Shown: positions 46,982 through 55,066 of the stretch, one piece after another
Layout of the letters: each line of letters opens with the position of its first letter
How positions within the stretch are numbered: position 1 is the stretch's first letter
Assembly (NCBI GenBank): GCA_964461075.1
Contig: CAYWST010000001.1
Coordinates: 11,234-75,233, forward strand
DNA: 64,000 nucleotides
Source: an uncultured Solibacteraceae bacterium
Lineage (GTDB): Bacteria > Acidobacteriota > Terriglobia > Bryobacterales > Bryobacteraceae
Direction of reading: 5' to 3'
Notes under the pieces: model-generated
Databases searched by the model: none
What the model was told of the DNA's origin: nothing
The model's input: the letters and a program-made list of their open reading frames with translations, nothing else
Program-made: the position numbers and the translations under genes

Positions 46982-49774
46982 TCAAGGCCGCGAGAATACC
47001 CGCTCCTCTGATCGCGCTGTTGTCCCATCCGCTTGGACGGACTCGATCCAGAACCGCACCTCCCGCTGCGGCCCTGCCAGGCGCAGACTGAACTCGAAGG
47101 GATAGGCGGCGTCTTCCATCGTCTGCGTGCGGCCATCGATGCTGTAATAGAGCCGCATCCGCGCCGCTTCCTTCTCCGTGGCGCTCGAGAAAGCATAGAA
47201 GTCGGCGTAGTCCGGCACGGCCTGGATGAGCATCGCCGTCAGAACGCCAAGCGCCTTCTCGCCCGTGTCTTTCCGCCAGTAGCCTTGCTTGATCGGCTGC
47301 GCCAGGGCCAGTTTCCGCTGGAAACCGGGGTTGGCGCGGAGCCCCGAAATGCGAATCGCGGCTAAGCCCTGCGCCCTGATCGTGGAGGTGAAGGCGCCTT
47401 CGGAGAGGAACCCGGCGTTCAACGCGCCTGGGTAGCTGCGCAGAGGATAGCGTCCATCGGCGTTCCACGGGATGACGCCGGGATCGAGTTCGACGCGGCA
47501 GGTCACCGGCTGGCGGGCGGTGTTCATCAGGATCACCCAAAGGTCGTCCTGCCCGGCGCCGAGCAGCCAGTTCGCCTTGACTGTGGAGAGCCGGACCCCG
47601 CCGCGTGGCAGCCAGGGCGCGATGCCCTCATGGCCGAAAACGGTCCCTGGCTTGTGCCCATAGACCTTACTGGTGAGATAGGCGTAGCCAGGCGCGTAGG
47701 CCGAGGGGAAGTCGACTTGACCGCCGGAACGGTACCACGCGTCGGAGACGAGAAAATCCGCCAGCAGCGCGATGTGCGGCCAAATGTGGTTGTAGAAAAG
47801 CGCGTTGTAGCGGAAATCCTCATAGCGGCGCAGGGGATAGTCCGGACGCTGGTAGACGTCCGTCTCGAGAGAGGTGAAGTAATAGCCGGGAAAGTTCGCG
47901 TAGCGCCCGAGAACGGCGTTGTACGCCGCATCGGCGAAAAGCGGTTCGCCGGCAAGCCGCGCAAGCCGCAGGAGCCACGCCGCGTGATGGGTGAGCATAA
48001 TGGGGCCGCCGCCTGCGTAGGTGTAGCCCTGTTCGGGCGGCAGCCCGGCCAGGGATGTCCTCCATGCGGGGATGCGCTGCTCCGGCGCCTCCATCGTGGA
48101 GTCGAAGGCGACTCGATCGTTGGCCGTTGTCCGGCGCCAGTCGAAGACGCCCGCCACCCGGCCGCCCTTGTTGACCGTGATCACTCCGTCCTGGGCCAGC
48201 GGATTCGAACGCAGCCAGAGCAGCATTTGCCTGGCCGCGGTCGCGGCGGCGTCGAGGTATTTCCGCTCTTGAGTCGCTTCGTACAGTTCAAGCAGGTCGA
48301 ACCATCGCGGACCGTAGTCGGTGTAGAACGCAGCCTGCTTATCGCGAAGCGCAGCATTCGTCTCGAAGTTCCTCGGCAGTTCCTGGAGCTCGCTCCGCAA
48401 CATCTCTCCGGCCCCGTATTGCGCCCGTTCCAGATAGCCCTTGCCGCCCGTCAACCGGTACATGGCCAGCGCATCCTGCCAGGTTGCGCCTGTGACCGTA
48501 TTGAGATTGAGCTTGCGGGGCCGGCCATAGATGCGCTTGCCCTCTTCAAGGAAGACGGGGCAATTGCCGCCGGTCATTTCATGGAGCGCAGCCAGCTCAG
48601 CGACTTCAACACAAGGCCCGCGCAGGAAATGAGACGGGCTCTGCGCCGTGGTTGACTCGTCCTCCGACCAGAGGTACTTCTCCCGGCTCATCACGTACTC
48701 GATGAGCGGGGCCGCGCGCCTCCGGTAAATTTCTCCGTCGCCGGTGAGCAATGCCAGTCCGAGCGCATGGAGAGAGCTGACGACCTTGACCGTACCAGGA
48801 ACGTCGAAGCGGTAATCGAAGCCGCGTTTGTCGGCCACCCATCCCGACAATGTGTCGTCCATGCCGTAGGCGAGCATATTCTCGAGCGTCTGGTTCAACG
48901 AGACAGCCGCATTCTCGCGTTCGTTGCGGTAGCCGATGACGTCGCGCATCAGGAATCGGACGCCGGCTTCCCATCCGCCGGCGTTCAGAACAAAGGCCGC
49001 CTTGAAGGAAATCGTGTCGCCGGGAGCGCGGATGGAGCCGTCGCCGCCCGGGAGAGGAGCGACTACCGTAGGCCGGGCTTTTCCGCTCTCCGAGCGCAGA
49101 AGCAATCCAAACGACGAGTTCCCGAGCTTCGCAAACCGGTACGGGATGCCGGTCACGGCGAGCCCCTGCGTCACGCCGGCGCGCGTCGCGAACGTCGCGG
49201 CCGTCGTGGCGAACTGCTCCGTCGTCAAATAAGAGCGTGCGGGAAACCGCTTCCACGACCAGACGAGGGGCTGATAGAGGAAATCGAGCGAGTCCGGATC
49301 CTGCTCCTGGAGGCCTGCGAACCCGACGGCGTAGTAGCCGGATTCGGCGGCCTTCCATCTCCACTCGATCACCGGCGCGGCGCGGCCTGCGGGCAGCGTG
49401 ACGATCACCGTACCGGAGTCGCCGGCTTCAGCTTCAAACCGGCCGGGCAGTTCACGCAGCGACCGCGCCTCGGCGGAAGCGGCGCGAAAGGCCCTGTAGA
49501 GGTCCGGCTCGAGTTCCTTCCCGCCGGCGGTCTTCCAACCGGCGGTCGAGGTCACTTCAACGGCCCTCAGGGCAGCGTAGGCGAGCCCCGGATCGGCTTT
49601 GCTAAAGAACACTTCAAGCCGCGGTTTGAACTCTGCGGCCGTCCCCGGCTGATCCAGGCGGGACACCTTGATGCGGATCGGAGCGCGGAGCGCCTCCACG
49701 CGGTAGCGCAGGTTGGCGAGCGGCGCGGCGTTCAACACGCATGCCCCGGTAAGCGCTAGAATCAGGGCTCTCAT
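46982..49774 (-). CDS. large exported protein of unknown function (930 aa)
   Basis: Signal peptide MRALILALTGACVLNAAP and a long uninterrupted ORF. I recognise no catalytic motif. The W/Y-rich central region might be an alpha/alpha-toroid-type glycan-active fold, which is speculative. Confidence 0.65.
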   Translation of the reverse strand: MRALILALTGACVLNAAPLANLRYRVEALRAPIRIKVSRLDQPGTAAEFKPRLEVFFSKADPGLAYAALRAVEVTSTAGWKTAGGKELEPDLYRAFRAASAEARSLRELPGRFEAEAGDSGTVIVTLPAGRAAPVIEWRWKAAESGYYAVGFAGLQEQDPDSLDFLYQPLVWSWKRFPARSYLTTEQFATTAATFATRAGVTQGLAVTGIPYRFAKLGNSSFGLLLRSESGKARPTVVAPLPGGDGSIRAPGDTISFKAAFVLNAGGWEAGVRFLMRDVIGYRNERENAAVSLNQTLENMLAYGMDDTLSGWVADKRGFDYRFDVPGTVKVVSSLHALGLALLTGDGEIYRRRAAPLIEYVMSREKYLWSEDESTTAQSPSHFLRGPCVEVAELAALHEMTGGNCPVFLEEGKRIYGRPRKLNLNTVTGATWQDALAMYRLTGGKGYLERAQYGAGEMLRSELQELPRNFETNAALRDKQAAFYTDYGPRWFDLLELYEATQERKYLDAAATAARQMLLWLRSNPLAQDGVITVNKGGRVAGVFDWRRTTANDRVAFDSTMEAPEQRIPAWRTSLAGLPPEQGYTYAGGGPIMLTHHAAWLLRLARLAGEPLFADAAYNAVLGRYANFPGYYFTSLETDVYQRPDYPLRRYEDFRYNALFYNHIWPHIALLADFLVSDAWYRSGGQVDFPSAYAPGYAYLTSKVYGHKPGTVFGHEGIAPWLPRGGVRLSTVKANWLLGAGQDDLWVILMNTARQPVTCRVELDPGVIPWNADGRYPLRSYPGALNAGFLSEGAFTSTIRAQGLAAIRISGLRANPGFQRKLALAQPIKQGYWRKDTGEKALGVLTAMLIQAVPDYADFYAFSSATEKEAARMRLYYSIDGRTQTMEDAAYPFEFSLRLAGPQREVRFWIESVQADGTTARSEERVFSRP

Positions 49775-49819
49775 TCAGTCACCTCAGAGGATTGAACTGA
49801 CATCAGTATATGCGTGGTC

Positions 49820-50329
49820 ATGACCGGCGCTGACTTCATCCAGTTCTGCATGCGGCTTTACGCGGCGCCGGGAGTGCGGGAATGCTGTCTTGGCCTGCAG
49901 GACGAGCACGGACTCAACGTGAACTGCCTTCTGCTCGCCGCCTGGGCCGCGGCGCTGGGTTATGCCATTGACGGGAAGCAGTGGACTTCCATGACGGCGC
50001 GCACCGCGCCCATCCGCGAAAAGGCGGTGGCGCCGATTCGCTCGGCCCGCCGTGCCATCAGCAGCGAGCCCGCACTGGAAGACGACCTGAAGCGGCCATT
50101 GAAGAGGCTGCTTCTCTATGCGGAAATCAGGGCGGAACAGGCCGAAGAGCGCGCGTTGCACCGGCTGATGTTGCGAACCGCCTCCCGATCGCAACCGGGC
50201 GAGGAACTCCTCCGTCTCAACCTGGGCGCCTACGCAGAGCCAAGCATGGAGCTTGAGCGGTTCGCTACGCTGGTGGTCGACTCGCAATTTATGGATCTGG
50301 TGCCGTGCCCCCGCAACCCCAACGACTGA
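49820..50329 (+). CDS. TIGR02444/DUF2390 family protein
   Basis: The N-terminus GADFIQFCMRLYAAPGVRECCLGLQDEHGLNVNCLLLAAW matches the family signature (LY..PGV...CL.LQD..G.DVN.LL) as I recall it. An alternative GTG start lies at 49814. Confidence 0.65.
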   Translation: MTGADFIQFCMRLYAAPGVRECCLGLQDEHGLNVNCLLLAAWAAALGYAIDGKQWTSMTARTAPIREKAVAPIRSARRAISSEPALEDDLKRPLKRLLLYAEIRAEQAEERALHRLMLRTASRSQPGEELLRLNLGAYAEPSMELERFATLVVDSQFMDLVPCPRNPND

Positions 50330-50907
50330 TCGTCGCCATCACCGGCGCTTCCGGCGTGATCTACGGGATCCGCCTTCTGGAAACCCTCGCCCGGGATTTT
50401 TCCATCGAAACCCATCTCATCCTGACCGCGGCCGCGCGAGCGACCATCATGCAGGAAACCATGTGGCGCCCCCACGACGTGGAGCGGCTCGCCTCCGTGG
50501 TCCACCCGCCCGCCAACATCGGTGCTTCCATCGCCAGCGGCTCGTTTGAAACGATGGGCATGATCGTCGCGCCGTGCTCGATCAAGTCCCTTTCGGCGAT
50601 CGCCAACAGCTATTCGGGCGACCTGGTGGCCCGCGCCGCCGACGTTCAGCTCAAGGAAGGCCGCAAAGTGCTGTTGATGGTGCGCGAGACGCCGCTTCAC
50701 GCCGGCCATCTCAGGCTCATGCTCCAGGCTGCCGGGAATGGCGCCATCATCATGCCTCCCGCGCCGGCGTTTTACGGCAATCCCCAGACCATCGACGACC
50801 TCGTGAACGCCACGGTCGGGCGCGCCTTGGCCCGGCTCGGCATCAGCAACGCGCTGACGTCCGAGTGGAGCGGCATGAGCAATCCCGCCCCCGCGCAGGC
50901 CGGCTGA
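50305..50907 (+). CDS. ubiX: flavin prenyltransferase UbiX
   Basis: LIVAITGASGVIYGIRLLE, MIVAPCSIKSLSAIANS, LLMVRETPLH and IMPPAPAFY. GTG start, overlapping the upstream gene by 25 nt. Confidence 0.9.
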   Translation: MPPQPQRLIVAITGASGVIYGIRLLETLARDFSIETHLILTAAARATIMQETMWRPHDVERLASVVHPPANIGASIASGSFETMGMIVAPCSIKSLSAIANSYSGDLVARAADVQLKEGRKVLLMVRETPLHAGHLRLMLQAAGNGAIIMPPAPAFYGNPQTIDDLVNATVGRALARLGISNALTSEWSGMSNPAPAQAG

Positions 50908-50958
50908 CGGAAGGGCCGGCGCGAAGAGCCTCATCGTTGGCAATCTATCAGAGAGACG

Positions 50959-52488
50959 ATGGCGAGTCGATTTCCGAGACAGAGCGGCATCCTTCTTCAC
51001 CCGACTTCGCTGCCCGGAGGCCACGGCGTGGGAGACTTCGGCCCGGCGGCGCGCGACTTCCTGGGTTTTCTCGAAAGCGGCGGCCAGACGTTGTGGCAGA
51101 TGCTCCCCCTTGGTCCTGCAGGGTACGGCGACTCGCCTTACCAGACCTTCTCCGCTTTCGCCGGCAATCCGCTGCTGGTTTCGCTCGACGACATGGTCAA
51201 CGACGGGATGCTCTCCGCGAGGACGCTGCAGGGAATCGCTTTCCAGGAGGGACGCGCATCTTACGAAGCCGCGGCCGCCTTCAAACTCCCGCTGCTTGCC
51301 CGGGCGGCCGAAGGAGTTCGCTCGCCTGATTTCGAGGAGTTCTGCCTGGCGAACCGCGCATGGCTCGACGACTTTGCCCGGTTTATGGCGCTGAAGCGTC
51401 TTTACAATGGCCTTCCCTGGTGGGAGTGGGACGAACCGCACCGCGATCGCCACGCCGCTGCGCTGGCGCGGCTCGATGAGAGCGAGTCGCGGACGATCCA
51501 CGCCGCGCGATTCGCGCAGTGGGTGTTCTTCCGGCAATTCGCCAAGCTGCGGGCCGCTGCAAAATCGAAGGGTGTCACGCTCATGGGCGATATCGCGATT
51601 TACGCCGCCGGCGACTCCAGCGATGTCTGGTCGGCAAGAGACCTCTGGCGGCTGGACTCCACGGGCAGGCCCGATCTGCAGGCGGGCGTTCCTCCCGATT
51701 ACTTCAGCGCCGAGGGGCAATTGTGGGGAAACCCGATCTACAACTGGGAACTGATGGCGCAGACCGGATACCGCTGGTGGATCGATCGCTTCCGCGCCAC
51801 ATTTACGCTGTTCGACATAGTCCGCGTCGATCACTTCCGCGGTTTCCAGGCCTACTGGCAGGTCCCCGGCGGGGAGACGACGGCTGTTCACGGAGAATGG
51901 GTGGAAGGCCCGGGCGCCGCACTGTTCGAAGCGGTGGAAGGAGCCCTGGGCAGACTGAACATCGTGGCGGAGAACCTCGGCGTGATCACGCCGGAGGTCG
52001 AAGCGCTCCGGCATCGCTTCGGTTATCCCGGCATGGCCGTCTTGCAGTTCGCCTTCGGCAACGACCCGCAGGCGGCTTCATTCAGGCCTCACAATTACCC
52101 GCGCGAGATTGTCGCTTACACCGGCACGCACGACAACGACACGACCATCGGCTGGTGGCATTCCATGCCTGGCGCCAGTTCCACGCGGACGGCCGAGGAG
52201 ATCCGCGCCGAACGCCGCCACTGCCTGGATTACTTCGCCGTTTCCAGCGGTCTCGAAATCAACTGGACGTTCATTCGGGCGCTGCTCGCCAGCGTGGCGG
52301 ATACCGTGGTCATTCCGGCGCAGGACCTCGCGGGGCTTGGGAGCGGCGCGCGCATGAATACGCCGGCGACGGCTTCGGGGAACTGGCTTTGGCGCCTTCA
52401 ACCCGGACAGCTCACCCCTGCCATCGCCGGCCGGCTCCGGAAACTCGCCGGGCTTTACGGCCGGCTGCCTACTTCGACTGAGTCTTGA
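50959..52488 (+). CDS. malQ: 4-alpha-glucanotransferase (amylomaltase, GH77)
   Basis: RQSGILLHPTSLPG, SPYQTFSAFAGNPLL, VRVDHFRGF, GDIAIY, AENLG and YTGTHDNDT. Confidence 0.92.
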   Translation: MASRFPRQSGILLHPTSLPGGHGVGDFGPAARDFLGFLESGGQTLWQMLPLGPAGYGDSPYQTFSAFAGNPLLVSLDDMVNDGMLSARTLQGIAFQEGRASYEAAAAFKLPLLARAAEGVRSPDFEEFCLANRAWLDDFARFMALKRLYNGLPWWEWDEPHRDRHAAALARLDESESRTIHAARFAQWVFFRQFAKLRAAAKSKGVTLMGDIAIYAAGDSSDVWSARDLWRLDSTGRPDLQAGVPPDYFSAEGQLWGNPIYNWELMAQTGYRWWIDRFRATFTLFDIVRVDHFRGFQAYWQVPGGETTAVHGEWVEGPGAALFEAVEGALGRLNIVAENLGVITPEVEALRHRFGYPGMAVLQFAFGNDPQAASFRPHNYPREIVAYTGTHDNDTTIGWWHSMPGASSTRTAEEIRAERRHCLDYFAVSSGLEINWTFIRALLASVADTVVIPAQDLAGLGSGARMNTPATASGNWLWRLQPGQLTPAIAGRLRKLAGLYGRLPTSTES

Positions 52489-53044
52489 CCCGGTCCATGT
52501 ACTTCAATTGCGCCACGTCCACGCGAATCGCGTCGCCGGACTTGATGAATTGCGGCACCATGACGTCGAGGCCGTTCTCCAGGCGGGCGGCCTTCCAGGT
52601 GTTGTCCTGGCCGCCGGCGTGAGCGGGCGGCGGTGTGTCCACCACCTTGAGTTCGAGGAAATCGGGAAGCAGGACGCTGACTACGCGTTCGCCGAGGAAC
52701 TCGAGCGTGACGCGCATTTCCGGCGCCAGCAGTCTGGCCTGCTCTCCGATCAGTTCGCGCGCCACTTCTTCCTGCTCGCAAGTGGAGGGGTTCATGAAGT
52801 AGCAGGCAGCCTCGTCGGCGTACAGAAAGTCCATCGGCTTCCGCTCCAGCGGGAGGTCTTCGAGTTTCATGTCCGCCCTGAAGCTGTAGTCGCGGAAAGC
52901 GCCCGTATCGAGGTTCCGGAGGCGAGCGTGAGTCGAACCGCCCATCTTGCCCTGGCCCGAGTGGTACTCCGCCGCGAGCACTTTGTAAATCTGCCCTTCA
53001 AATCGAATGGCTGAACCAGCCTTCAACTGCGATGCAAGAACCAT
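52469..53044 (-). CDS. elongation factor P family protein with extended, non-canonical tip loop
   Basis: 191 aa with three-domain EF-P collinearity (LKAGSAIRFEGQIYKV..; ..FLYADEAACYFMNPSTCEQ..; ..LELKVVDTPP...VMVPQFIKSGDAIRVD). The loop is SGQGKMGGST instead of KPGKGQA. Confidence 0.82.
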   Translation of the reverse strand: MVLASQLKAGSAIRFEGQIYKVLAAEYHSGQGKMGGSTHARLRNLDTGAFRDYSFRADMKLEDLPLERKPMDFLYADEAACYFMNPSTCEQEEVARELIGEQARLLAPEMRVTLEFLGERVVSVLLPDFLELKVVDTPPPAHAGGQDNTWKAARLENGLDVMVPQFIKSGDAIRVDVAQLKYMDRVKTQSK

Positions 53045-53063
53045 GTGCCGTCTCCCACTGCGC

Positions 53064-54173
53064 TTAGAAAAGCTTCGCCTCTCTGAACAGGAAGTAAAGG
53101 TCGATGATGAGGATCAGGACGATGGCCGCTTCCATGACAAAGGCGCGTCCCTGGTGGAACTCATTGACCATGAAGTTGTAGAGATCGCCTGCCGTCCTCA
53201 GTTTCTCGTCCACCAATCTCCGGTAGTCGGCCACGCCAAGCCGTTCGGCGGACTGGCGGTACACGCGGGCGTAGTACATGTCGCCGATGAACTTCAGAGC
53301 GTTGTCCGAGTGCTCGGCGAGTTCCATGACGTCGAGCCGCAATGCGTTGAGCCGCGCCGCCTCACGCGCCAGTTTCCAGCGGGCGAGCAGCCCGCGGCGC
53401 TCCTCCAGCTTCCGGTAAACGTCCCTGAGCACGCGGGTGAGGAACTCGTCATAGAAGCGGAATTCGAGCAATTGGGAGTTGGCGTATTCGAGCAGTTGAA
53501 GGAGCGCTTCTGCGCCTTCGTCGCTGTCGAGGATCACGGCGGCGTTCCAGCCGGCGACGAACAGGTCAGCCGGATAGTAAGACATCAGTCCCCGAAGGAC
53601 TTCGATCCGTTCCTGATCGGAAAGCACGCCCGGTTCGCCGCGGACCATGCGGGCAATGTCGGCCCCGCGCTCTCTGACGAGCGCTTCGGCGGTGCATGGC
53701 GCGCCGCCGATGTCGCGGATGTGGACGACGTAATAGTCTTCACTCATCCACTTGTCCGCCGGACGCAATATTGCGCTTCGCGCCTGTTTCGCCGCCTGCT
53801 CGGCCAATCCGAGCGCGGCGCGCTCGATCTCTGCAGAACCAACCAGGCGCGGCGTCAGATCCGTGAGATCCTGCCAGCTCAGCTCGAACTCGCGCCTCAA
53901 CGCCACGCCGAGAACGCCATAGTCGTAGAGCTTGATCGACGCGGCGAACCGCTCGCCCCCGGCGAGCTGAATCGGCTCCACCGCCATCGAAACAGGCGGC
54001 TTCTCAAAGCGCAGATACTCCGGCGCGGCAAATCGAAAGGCCGGGCTTCTGCCTCCGGGCGCCTGCCCCAGAAGGGCCCGCGCCTGATCGAGATCGATCG
54101 ACTCGCACACGTCGAACAGCAGCAGCGCGTGCAGCGCCCCGCGCACCGTCTGGTCTGTCATCCTGGATTGCAT
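53064..54173 (-). CDS. RMD1/DUF155-like protein with C-terminal TM helix
   Basis: The C-terminal half (LNALRLDVMELAEHSDNALKFIGDMYYARVY...LYNFMVNEFHQGRAFVMEAAIVLILIIDLYFLF) resembles the Rmd1/YagE family layout from memory. This was not verified by a profile search. Confidence 0.45.
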   Translation of the reverse strand: MQSRMTDQTVRGALHALLLFDVCESIDLDQARALLGQAPGGRSPAFRFAAPEYLRFEKPPVSMAVEPIQLAGGERFAASIKLYDYGVLGVALRREFELSWQDLTDLTPRLVGSAEIERAALGLAEQAAKQARSAILRPADKWMSEDYYVVHIRDIGGAPCTAEALVRERGADIARMVRGEPGVLSDQERIEVLRGLMSYYPADLFVAGWNAAVILDSDEGAEALLQLLEYANSQLLEFRFYDEFLTRVLRDVYRKLEERRGLLARWKLAREAARLNALRLDVMELAEHSDNALKFIGDMYYARVYRQSAERLGVADYRRLVDEKLRTAGDLYNFMVNEFHQGRAFVMEAAIVLILIIDLYFLFREAKLF

Positions 54174-54319
54174 TGTCCGGCAAGCATTCTATCCGCTTCG
54201 CACGGCAGCGCCCAGGGGGCAGGCCGGCGGGGCGTATTACGCCGGCCGTGGACGGGGGTTCACTTTGAGGCCCCGCAGGCGTATTCTCTGATCGCACAGA
54301 CAGCCGGGAGGTGAGTACC

Positions 54320-54787
54320 ATGCGAATCGCAGTGCAAAGCGCCGCCCTGGGCGCTATCCTGCTCGCCGGACTCTGCGGCGGGCAGCCAGCCAACCTTTCA
54401 GGGAGCTGGCATCTGAATGTTGAAAAGTCCAAATGGGGCTCAGCCAACAAGCCGCACAGCGTCGTGTTGACGATCGAGCACAATGAACCGAACCTGCACT
54501 ACCACGGGGAGGTCGTGTATGCGAATGAAGACCATCGCACTTTCGGCTTTTCGGGCGCATTCGATAAGAAGTCCTACCCCATGTCCCGCTCATTCGGCGA
54601 CGGACAGATCGTCCTGACAAGAATCGACACGCTCACTTTTGATTCTGTTTTCCGGTCAGCCGATGGCGTCACCGTCGAATCGGCCAGAACGGCGATCTCC
54701 AGGGACGGTAAGACTCTGACACGCTCCGTGAAGCTGACCGCTCCAGGCGGAACGCAAAAATGGACGGAGGTGTACGACAAGAAATAG
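54320..54787 (+). CDS. small exported hypothetical protein (lipocalin-like size)
   Basis: ATG 8 nt after GGGAGG. Signal peptide MRIAVQSAALGAILLAGLCGG. No motif recognised. Confidence 0.55.
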   Translation: MRIAVQSAALGAILLAGLCGGQPANLSGSWHLNVEKSKWGSANKPHSVVLTIEHNEPNLHYHGEVVYANEDHRTFGFSGAFDKKSYPMSRSFGDGQIVLTRIDTLTFDSVFRSADGVTVESARTAISRDGKTLTRSVKLTAPGGTQKWTEVYDKK

Positions 54788-54790
54788 GGA

Positions 54791-55060
54791 TCAAACCGAG
54801 ATCCTGATCTGCTTGGACTGGCTCGCCAGGCCCGCCACAATTCGGACTTGCGCGCGCGAGACGCCCAATTCCGCGGCAACGAAGCGGATGAGTTCTTCGT
54901 TCGCCTTGCCTTTCTCCGGCGTTGCGTGCAGCCGGAGCTTCAGAGTCCCGTCGTCCAGCGCGCCTGCCCAGCAGGTTCGCGGGCTCTTCGGGATCACGCG
55001 GAGGCTTAACTGGAGGATCCCGTCCCGGTGCAGGACGGCCTTCATTTCGTCGACCGTCAT
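54791..55060 (-). CDS. DUF167 (YggU-like) family protein
   Basis: 89 aa. LSLRVIPKS...LKLRLHATPEKGKANEELIRFVAAELGVSRAQVRIVAGLASQSKQIRI fits the YggU pattern (P..GKAN..L..FLA). Confidence 0.72.
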   Translation of the reverse strand: MTVDEMKAVLHRDGILQLSLRVIPKSPRTCWAGALDDGTLKLRLHATPEKGKANEELIRFVAAELGVSRAQVRIVAGLASQSKQIRISV

Positions 55061-55066
55061 GCTCCC

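Noticed and set aside
54222-54247. All-GC 8-bp hairpin (GGCCGGCG, 10-nt loop, CGCCGGCC), considered as a terminator.
   Set aside because: It lies between two divergent gene starts, not after a gene, and has no T-tract on either strand. Such GC palindromes are expected by chance at this base composition.
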